Shown here piece by piece: positions 19,901 to 26,532 of a DNA stretch of 64,000 bases. A model generated the notes under the pieces. The model was given only the letters and a program-made list of their open reading frames with translations, was not told the DNA's origin and searched no databases. The stretch is from Candidatus Pullibacteroides excrementavium (GTDB taxonomy: Bacteria; Bacteroidota; Bacteroidia; Bacteroidales; P3). The position numbers and the translations under genes were made by a program. The DNA is taken from positions 15,033-79,032 of the forward strand of contig JADIMZ010000004.1 in assembly GCA_017694335.1 (NCBI GenBank), given 5' to 3'. Position 1 is the stretch's first letter, and every line of letters begins with the position of its first letter.

Positions 19901-21859
19901 GTGGTTGTCATGGATGATTTCGATGCCGACCGGGTGGTGGATGTCGCCTTGTCTCCAAGGGAGAAGTTCGTGCTGGAGGGCGTGCTGGAAGATGCCGACG
20001 GTATGCCGGTGGCTTCCGCTCAGGTGCGCCTGACGGGTTATGATACTTGCATGGCGTACAGCGATGCCCAAGGACGGTTCTCGTTTTCGGCCTACCAGGG
20101 GTCGGGCTATGTCCTGGAGGCGTTCAAGCCGCGTTTCGAGTTGTACGTGGCCGATTCCGTCAATTTGGACGGAGCCTTGGATCTGGGGGAAATCAGGATG
20201 CAGGATGCGTTGCTGGCTCCTTCGGATTTGCTGGCGGTTCCGCAGCCGGATGGCCGGATGCGCCTTTCCTGGAACCGGCCTGACGGCAACGAGGTGTTCC
20301 GTTACGACAACGGGGTCCCCAATCTGTTTTACGGTGATGACGCGGCAACGGACAAGACCGTGCTGGGAACGGTGTTCCGCCGCCCGGCTTTGCTGCGTTC
20401 CATGAGCTGGATGACCATGGAGTACCAGGATATACGGCACGAGACGGTCAATGTGTTCGTGTTCGATCTGGACAAGGACGGACAGCCTACTTCGCGTCTG
20501 TTGTATTCCAAATACGGCGTTCCAAATACGGATTCGGCCTGGACGACCCATGTGTTCGACACCTTGGTTTCCGCTCCAAACGGCTTCATGGTAGGCTTGA
20601 GTTATTACGAGGACGGCGAGGGCTATCTGGCCATTGCCAACGACTTGCACACGGCCGGTTCCGACCCGGATTATCCTTTTGTGCCGGGGACGCAGTACTA
20701 TACGGCGGATTACACGCGGGGCCAGTTCTCCACTTTGGAGTCGATGGATGCCACCTTTACCAATACCATGCTTATCCGGGCCGAGGGCGAAGTGACGGGA
20801 TTGTACGGCTTCGAGGCGGACGAGGAGTCTTCGTCCCTGGTTTCCGCGAAGGCGCAGGTTCCTGAGATGGGCGCGATGCCCAAATCGGCACAGTCGTATG
20901 CGGTTTACCGGATGGGTTACGGCCAGGAAGAAGCCGGCACGGCTTGGATTGGTCTGGGCAATTGTCCGGCCTCTGACACTTTGTGGGTGGACGAGGATTT
21001 TGCCGGCCTTGACCGCGGGCTTTACCGTTACGGCCTGCGGATGGTTTATTCGGGCGGCAGGATGTCGGAAGCGGCATTGTCCAACCTGGCTGCCAAGGAT
21101 ATGGATGTGGAATTGACATTGGAAGTTTCCACCAATATCGAGGGACGCTCGGCTCAGGGCGCGAAGGTGTCTTTGCAAAGCCTGGATTACCCGGAAGCGG
21201 CCTATCGTGTGGATTGGCCTGCGCTTTCTGCGGTGGACACGGTGATTATCGAGGGATCGTATGCCCTTTCTATCGATTTGGCGGGTTTCCATTCTGTCCG
21301 CGATACCGTGGAAGCCGTCCATGGCCAGGCGTTGCGCCTTTCCTACGTCTTGGAAGAGATTGTCTGCGTGCCGGAATCCTTGCAGGTGAGCAAGGATGCG
21401 TCTGGGAACTACGTGTTCACTTGGGAGGATGGTTGCGGGGCATCCAAGGCTTTGCAGGCTTACCGGGTATATCTGGATGATCAGTTCAAGGCGGAGACCG
21501 GGGAACTTTCCTATTCGTTCGGGCCTTTGCCGGACGGATGGCATACGGCCGGTGTCGAAGCCGTGTTCGAGTCTGGTTCCAGCCGGAGGGCTTTGCTGGA
21601 ATTCCAAGCTGGGGATGTGGCGGTGGAATCCGCCGGCCAGGCGGGTGTCCGGGTAAGCCCGAATCCGGCCACTTCCTTCCTTTCTCTCGAAGGAGACTAT
21701 GAGGAATGCGTGGTGCTGGACATGAACGGGCGGGTCCGTCAGGTCTTGCCTGCGGGTGTCAAGGAGCTGGAAGTGTCTGCGTGGGAATCTGGAATGTACC
21801 TGTTCCGTTTCCTCTTGCCCGATGGCAGGATGGAAACCTTGCGCGTGATTGTGCGCTGA
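16985..21859 (+). CDS. T9SS-secreted giant surface protein (island gene E), paralogue of gene B
   Basis: ATG at 16985 (MKPTKMKRIAALLALCLLSGTFLRA/QG); an alternative ATG is at 17000. Module order matches gene B: propeller-like, 2x FN3-like, J-like, 2x CarboxypepD_reg-like (LSGTVTAALGGQPMEGVRVEI..., LEGVLEDADGMPVASAQVRL...), and the shared block DPDYPF. It has an extra CARDB-like module (MDVAVWDVDCPDY...AANDSSFRIPVQV). CTD VSPNPATSFLSL...GMYLFRFLLPDGRMETLRVIVR. Confidence 0.85.
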   Translation: MKPTKMKRIAALLALCLLSGTFLRAQGDAYAFFTSSYRATVGFMDLEDPSSFSTVPGALDQTSFVLAAEEAEGRVYAYTGLSFFNMVMPGAFSAVSLGEDAYYDEILAVYNTMDYLYYDMAYDRQAGRMYAIAGLRTDNLHWGSYLLEVDISEGDSCGNFRVLGRFAEDLCALDADEDGHVYGIGLSGMFYYVDPATAALTEVGPTGVLPSMTFQNMAFNPNDGFLYWSTVEQGGVPALYRVDALSGEASLVGTYPAGYDFVNALTIPFGGLSSVPGRLAGLSCQTENSQVVLSWTNPAEDEGGQALASLSKVEIFRDGQLVAAVEDGLAAGEACQHALENQPDGLHYYGVRACNADGNGRFSLVRCVVGYDVPAAVGNLQARAEDGTVSLSWDAPAGGKFGGRIDESSLQYRVVRYPDTVEWVIGESSFTDEGITVLDNYSYAVIPFTQHGQGPATRTGNMMVGEPHQGYFACDFSDARSWTPWTVIDANEDYAAWAYGEYLGKPGAVFQTGTNTADDWLVLPPVELEAGTSYMLRYEVGTLYFEFEEKLEIRLGNAPTVDALSRTLGTSSVLIDDPRSSNQSFTVDQSGVYYLAFRVVSEAPESAGLFISDVVLQPSLEMDVAVWDVDCPDYLKAGEETVVRTTIRNTGLNRSNSYSLSLVDAAGRVLASQNGATLLNAGQESTVRLSYTPDQAGMQELRVVAGMEGDLLAANDSSFRIPVQVMESCGDYMPGTAGTMRQNGIPFSFAASSSASQIVYVAGEIGMEPGVVRRISLEYENANGMTETRPFRLYMANTDLSTLTGGWVPEEDFSLVFDDTVVFERFRNKVTLELDSTFVYDGGNLCLMAVAPVHSQFFGSFHYWVGYQRPGAARYWVYQDGESSYEFDFSQTGIISDNVPSISLWADHCAGAALSGTVTAALGGQPMEGVRVEILGKGISAVTGADGKWDMPYVPFADTVAVAFTCYAYADTVVVMDDFDADRVVDVALSPREKFVLEGVLEDADGMPVASAQVRLTGYDTCMAYSDAQGRFSFSAYQGSGYVLEAFKPRFELYVADSVNLDGALDLGEIRMQDALLAPSDLLAVPQPDGRMRLSWNRPDGNEVFRYDNGVPNLFYGDDAATDKTVLGTVFRRPALLRSMSWMTMEYQDIRHETVNVFVFDLDKDGQPTSRLLYSKYGVPNTDSAWTTHVFDTLVSAPNGFMVGLSYYEDGEGYLAIANDLHTAGSDPDYPFVPGTQYYTADYTRGQFSTLESMDATFTNTMLIRAEGEVTGLYGFEADEESSSLVSAKAQVPEMGAMPKSAQSYAVYRMGYGQEEAGTAWIGLGNCPASDTLWVDEDFAGLDRGLYRYGLRMVYSGGRMSEAALSNLAAKDMDVELTLEVSTNIEGRSAQGAKVSLQSLDYPEAAYRVDWPALSAVDTVIIEGSYALSIDLAGFHSVRDTVEAVHGQALRLSYVLEEIVCVPESLQVSKDASGNYVFTWEDGCGASKALQAYRVYLDDQFKAETGELSYSFGPLPDGWHTAGVEAVFESGSSRRALLEFQAGDVAVESAGQAGVRVSPNPATSFLSLEGDYEECVVLDMNGRVRQVLPAGVKELEVSAWESGMYLFRFLLPDGRMETLRVIVR

Positions 21860-21909
21860 CATAGTATGTTTGTTAGACCAATTGATAACCAAAACAACAG
21901 TAAAACCAA

Positions 21910-24585
21910 ATGAAAAAGAATTTTCTTGCTTGCGTTTGCCTCCTGTTCTGCGTGGGGGCGCTGCAAGCGCAAGAGGGATTGCAGGACAGCAATCCTGCAT
22001 TTTCCAAAGGTATGCCGGGGGCGGTTGCGATGCCCAAGCCCGCTGATGAGCTGGATGTCCCGCCGGTGACATTCCATGCCAGCGAGGGCGATTTCGTGTC
22101 CGTGGTTGCCAATGATTGGGCTTACAATCCGCTGAGCGGCCTTATTTCGATCATGGGACCCTTGAATCTCCGTACTCCTTTGCGGACTCCGGGCGTGATT
22201 CTGGAACCGGGCCGTTACCGTGTCGGGTTCAATTACCAGGCGGGTATATGCCGGGAAGGTGTGATGGGAGATATCCCGACGACTCTGATGTACTTGGATC
22301 CGTTTTCCATCCGGATGCTGGATCATGACGGGGTGGTGGACTATGAAGCGGGGACGGAAGTATACCGGAACCCGACGGCTTGCACGGGCGAGAACACCAT
22401 CGTGTATGATGAATTTTTCCTGGAATTGCAGGAAAGGGATACGGTGTGCTTTGCCATCGTTCCCGATACCGTGCTTTCGGCCGACATTCCTATGTATAGC
22501 AACGACACGGTCCGCATGGGGGGATTCTCCTTGGGCTTCGAGTTCATGAGCGTGGAAGCCATGCATGACTACGATGTGGCCGTGACCCGGGTTGAATCCG
22601 ACTTGACGCATATCTCGCCGGTGGACCAGGCCAATGCGGCCCATGCTTTCCATACCTCGGTATGGAACAAAGGCACGGAGAGTGTCAATGCCGTTGTGTC
22701 GGCCTATTTGGTGGACGCTCCGGACAATGTGCTTGGAACGAGCGATCCGATAACCATCCCGGCTGACGGGCGGGAAGTGATCGCTACCGAGGCTGTCTTC
22801 TCGGGCTTGGCGGCAGGTTACAAGGGAGAAGTCGCCTTGCGGGTCGATATCGAAGGGCAGGAAGACAAGAACATGGAGAACAATTTCCGGTATTACAGCT
22901 TGTCGGTTTCTGATTCGGTGATGACTTTCGACACTTTGACGGTGGATTTGTTGGATGACGAGAGGACTTCGAACATAGGTAGCCAGTACAACTCCATTTC
23001 TTTCGGGGTCTTGTACACGCTTGTGGAGACTGACACCTTGACTTCGTTCACCATAGGGTTCGGAGACGGACAATACAGCTTGCAGAGGCTTTCTTTCTAC
23101 CGTTGGAATGAAGAAACCGAGGCAATAGATTACGAGTTGTTCTCCACGGAGTATTACCGTCCCGATAATACTTCCGGATTCCTGACGTTCCCTTGCCCGC
23201 ACACGCTTCTGGAACCGGGGGTTTATTTGATAGAGGTGGCCCAGACCAGCGAGAACACCCATGCCGGCGTAGCCGCCGACGGGCAGGAAGACGGCATGTT
23301 GTACGTGACATCGACCGCGAGCGGACGCTTGAACCCGCAAGACAACTTCGGATTTGCCGCTATGCGTTTGAACTTCGGGCCGAGCCATGGGCAGGTGTTC
23401 GCCAACGATTTTGCCTTGTTGTCTATCGACAGGCCGGAAAATACGGGTCTGTTCGCCCAGAACGAGAGAGTGGAAGCGACCGTGATGAACCGGGGAACCT
23501 CCAGCGGCACGGCTACCGTTTATTGCGAGGTGGACGGGGTGTTGGCGGATTCCGCTTCGATTTCGTTGCAGCCCAACCGTCGCGGGACGGTATCGTTCTC
23601 TGCCGACTTGATGGCGGTCGGGATGCATACGATTAGCTTGTCGCTCGTCCTTCCCGGAGATCAGAATCCGGCCAACGACACTCTGAGCAAGCAGGTGGAA
23701 ACCTTGGCCGATCCGGATCCCTATGTGATGGATTTCGAGTATTGCGGCGATTTCGCCACGACGGGCTTCCAGCCTTGGATGGTGACGGTCCAGGACCAGA
23801 ACAATACCATTTTCATTAACAATTGGAACATTCCCAATGCAGGGACGAACATGGGTTTCATGGCGGTGAATCCCGACCAGATAGGTCAAAGTTTCGCCGA
23901 ATGGTTCCCGATTCGCCAAGGTGCCAGGTTCGCTTTGACTTTGGCTGATGTGGACACTGCGATCATGAGTACCACGGCGAACGATGCGTGGTTGATTTCG
24001 CCTCGCTTGGAAATGCCCGAGAGCGGTGCGCAGTTGTCTTTCATCGCCATGAGCATGACGGCGGAAGACGATAACGGTCCGGCCGAAGAGTCGTTGAATG
24101 TGATGATTTCGACGACGAACGCGCAACCGGCCTCTTTCGGGTTCCTTGCCAATTACGTGATACCGGCCATGAACCCGGATCGTTCAGACCCGGTTTACCC
24201 GTGGACCCGTTTCACGGTGGATCTTTCGGAATACAATGGACAAAGCATTTATGTGGCTATCCAGGGACAGGCGCAGAACTACGGTTTTGTCATCGATGAT
24301 ATCCGCGTGGGAGCCAATGTGGGGAACGAGTCTGTCGCCGGGCTGGCAGGACCGGCAGTCAGCGCATATCCTAATCCGGTAACGGAAACTTTGAACATTT
24401 CCGCTTCCGGCGTTCAGATTGAACGGGTCCGCCTCTATTCGGTTTCGGGTGCTTTGGTGTACGATTCGGGTTCGCTTGCGGCGGAAGTGTTCCGTTACAA
24501 TGCGGAATCTTTGGCTCCAGGCATCTATGTGGCCCGCGTGACGACGGCCCAAGGCGTGTCTTCGGTTAAGATCGTGGTGCGTTAG
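21910..24585 (+). CDS. T9SS-secreted surface protein (island gene G), paralogue of gene A (CARDB-like plus choice-of-anchor-J-like)
   Basis: ATG at 21910, 50 nt after the gene E stop. Signal peptide MKKNFLACVCLLFCVGALQA/QE. CARDB-like module DFALLSIDRPENTG...PANDTLSKQVE. J-like module DPYVMDFEYCGDF...NDAWLISPRLEM...FVIDDIRV aligns with DPYVMNFDSCDTY...EDWIVSPALSM...TGVDDIQV of gene A. CTD AYPNPVTETLNI...GIYVARVTTAQGVSSVKIVVR. Confidence 0.85.
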   Translation: MKKNFLACVCLLFCVGALQAQEGLQDSNPAFSKGMPGAVAMPKPADELDVPPVTFHASEGDFVSVVANDWAYNPLSGLISIMGPLNLRTPLRTPGVILEPGRYRVGFNYQAGICREGVMGDIPTTLMYLDPFSIRMLDHDGVVDYEAGTEVYRNPTACTGENTIVYDEFFLELQERDTVCFAIVPDTVLSADIPMYSNDTVRMGGFSLGFEFMSVEAMHDYDVAVTRVESDLTHISPVDQANAAHAFHTSVWNKGTESVNAVVSAYLVDAPDNVLGTSDPITIPADGREVIATEAVFSGLAAGYKGEVALRVDIEGQEDKNMENNFRYYSLSVSDSVMTFDTLTVDLLDDERTSNIGSQYNSISFGVLYTLVETDTLTSFTIGFGDGQYSLQRLSFYRWNEETEAIDYELFSTEYYRPDNTSGFLTFPCPHTLLEPGVYLIEVAQTSENTHAGVAADGQEDGMLYVTSTASGRLNPQDNFGFAAMRLNFGPSHGQVFANDFALLSIDRPENTGLFAQNERVEATVMNRGTSSGTATVYCEVDGVLADSASISLQPNRRGTVSFSADLMAVGMHTISLSLVLPGDQNPANDTLSKQVETLADPDPYVMDFEYCGDFATTGFQPWMVTVQDQNNTIFINNWNIPNAGTNMGFMAVNPDQIGQSFAEWFPIRQGARFALTLADVDTAIMSTTANDAWLISPRLEMPESGAQLSFIAMSMTAEDDNGPAEESLNVMISTTNAQPASFGFLANYVIPAMNPDRSDPVYPWTRFTVDLSEYNGQSIYVAIQGQAQNYGFVIDDIRVGANVGNESVAGLAGPAVSAYPNPVTETLNISASGVQIERVRLYSVSGALVYDSGSLAAEVFRYNAESLAPGIYVARVTTAQGVSSVKIVVR

Positions 24586-24607
24586 TTCCAGGGATTCTTC
24601 CTGCATG

Positions 24608-24644
24608 AAAAAAAGGCAATCGTTGTAAAACGGTTGCCTTTTTT
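24608..24644. terminator. bidirectional rho-independent terminator between convergent genes G and H
   Basis: Stem GGCAATCG / CGGTTGCC (one G-U pair) with loop TTGTAAAA. It is flanked by an A7 run on the left and a T6 run on the right. Confidence 0.75.
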
Positions 24645-24686
24645 CATTATGGATCAGCAAAATGGCTGTCCGGTTTTCTTGCAATC

Positions 24687-26459
24687 TTAGCGATTCACGA
24701 TGAGTTTCTGTATCCCTTGGAACCCTTGACCTTGGACATGGATGATGTAGATTCCGTTGCCGAGGCTGTTTACGGGGATAGAAACGGTGTGGATGCCCGC
24801 AGGGATGTCTTGCTTTCCAAGATCCAGCACGCATTGCCCGGCTTGGTTCAGTATCTTGATGTCCGCCTGGCAGGCTGCTTCGGTTTCAAAACGGAGGTTC
24901 GCGTTTTCGGAAGCCGGGTTAGGATAGAGCTGCGCCTTGATTTGCACCATGGCGTTTTCGTTGGCGAACGGCAGGTTGTAGGAAATCATGACCACCGCGC
25001 TATCGCCATAGTCCCCGTCGCGGGTAAGCAGGGTATTGCCTTCGATGTCGCTGAAATCGATATGCCCGTCGCCTTGGGTGTTATGGATGCCGTCTCCCGT
25101 GGCATCGTAGATGGTGAAGGTCTGGCAGCCTTCGGCCAAGGTCAGGGTATCGATCCGGTTGCGTGTCCCCATGTTCTGGAGGTTGGCATACGGGCCGCCT
25201 TGCCCTATGGTGTCGCCTTCATCCGTGACGACATTCCAGGTTATTTCTTCTCCGTACTGGTCTTGGGCCACGGTCAGGATCATTTCCTGGGAGGGAATGT
25301 TCATGTAGTACTTGCTGAAATCGGCAGTGAGGCTGTCCATTTCGGGGAAATTGTCCGAACCGTTCACGGCGGCGAGGGACAAGCTTGCTTCCATCTCTTG
25401 GTTGATGGGAAATTCGATGGGTTCGCTGGTGAAGGTGACGGTCGAGCCGGCTTCCAGAGCGGGTTCGAAAGTGTGGGTGTACTCCCGCTGGCCGTCAGAT
25501 GTGTTCAGGATGAAGTCCATGCTGGAAACCGGTTCGACGGCGGCACGTATCTCGGCTTTTGCTGAGAAGCGGATTCTGCTGTCGCAGGTGTTGTGGGCTT
25601 CTTGGGCAAAGTTGGAGAGATGCAGGATATAGTCCGGCCCGCCGTTGGTGAAGCTCAGATTAGCTTCGCAAGCCGTGATGATTTCGGTGTGTCCTTCGGC
25701 CAGGAAGGCCACCACGCTGATGTTTCCCATTTCCACGGGAACTTCCCGGACGGCTTCGGGAATGGTGTACGTGTAGGTCTTTTCCACGAACGAGCCTTGG
25801 ATCGTGGTGGTGATTTCCTCACCCCATTGACCGGTAATAAGGTCGCGCAGAGCGTGCATGTGGACGTACTGGTTTCCGTCAACCTGTTCCATGTTGGCGT
25901 TCATGCCTGCTTGCGGCCCGTAGATGTAGTCTTGCAGAAGAGCCACGTTGAGGTAATTGGTGCTTGCGGGGCTGTTGCCGGTGTAGTAGACCTGCACCGT
26001 AACCTGCATTTCTCTGGTCTGCCAGTCCACCGTGGCCTTGGCGGCGATGTTGGCGTAGGCTTCCGTGGAGAGGAGTCCTTCGGAAAGGCTTGTCCATGCT
26101 GTCCTGTCGGCAACGGCGATGGATCCGTTGAACGAATGCCGGTTGATAGTGGCGTTAGGATAGCTGTTGATGCCGGCTTGGCTGGCCAAGGCATCCCCGT
26201 AGTTGGTTCGCAAGTCTATTTCTGCCGGATAAGCGTAAGAACCTTGATGGATGTTTATCAAGAAAACTTCTCCGGGGTGAGCGTCCCGGAGGGCGTTGGC
26301 ACGGCGATGCCCGTCCGGGCAGTTGCCGCAGTTGACACCTGTGAATTCTTCCAAGACCACTTTCCGGTTTTGGGGCGTTTCGTCCACGAACCGCTCTTGG
26401 GCGGTCCCGGATGCCGTCAAGGCACAGAAGAGTCCGATTCCTGCAATGAAATTTTTCAT
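24687..26459 (-). CDS. T9SS-secreted thioredoxin-fold 'Omp28-related' protein (island gene H)
   Basis: ATG (CAT at 26457-26459). Signal peptide MKNFIAGIGLFCALTASGTA/QE. Block VLEEFTGVNCGNCPDGHRRAN...INIHQGSYA. CTD LYPNPASENANL...GIYIIHVQGQGFQGIQKLIVNR. Tandem paralogue of gene I. Confidence 0.85.
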   Translation of the reverse strand: MKNFIAGIGLFCALTASGTAQERFVDETPQNRKVVLEEFTGVNCGNCPDGHRRANALRDAHPGEVFLINIHQGSYAYPAEIDLRTNYGDALASQAGINSYPNATINRHSFNGSIAVADRTAWTSLSEGLLSTEAYANIAAKATVDWQTREMQVTVQVYYTGNSPASTNYLNVALLQDYIYGPQAGMNANMEQVDGNQYVHMHALRDLITGQWGEEITTTIQGSFVEKTYTYTIPEAVREVPVEMGNISVVAFLAEGHTEIITACEANLSFTNGGPDYILHLSNFAQEAHNTCDSRIRFSAKAEIRAAVEPVSSMDFILNTSDGQREYTHTFEPALEAGSTVTFTSEPIEFPINQEMEASLSLAAVNGSDNFPEMDSLTADFSKYYMNIPSQEMILTVAQDQYGEEITWNVVTDEGDTIGQGGPYANLQNMGTRNRIDTLTLAEGCQTFTIYDATGDGIHNTQGDGHIDFSDIEGNTLLTRDGDYGDSAVVMISYNLPFANENAMVQIKAQLYPNPASENANLRFETEAACQADIKILNQAGQCVLDLGKQDIPAGIHTVSIPVNSLGNGIYIIHVQGQGFQGIQKLIVNR

Positions 26460-26502
26460 GGTTTCGATGTCGTTTTGTGTTATTAATGTAAAAAATTTGG
26501 AA

Positions 26503-26526
26503 GCGGACGGTCGAGGAACCGTCCGC
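26503..26526 (-). terminator. hairpin terminator after gene I
   Basis: Stem GCGGACGG / CCGTCCGC (8 bp). On the minus strand it is followed by TTCCAAATTTTTT. It begins 7 nt after the gene I stop. Confidence 0.55.
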
Positions 26527-26532
26527 GATGTT

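Noticed and set aside
2337-24126. Very long antisense ORFs inside the island genes (2337-4391, 5285-7489, 7721-10057, 13016-16477, 16745-18127, 18296-22072 and 21739-24126; up to 1258 aa).
   Set aside because: Each lies entirely opposite a sense ORF that has a signal peptide, recognisable domains and a T9SS CTD. Their translations are Arg/Gly/His/Pro-rich low-complexity strings with no motifs. Long stop-free antisense frames are expected in GC-rich genes with this codon bias.
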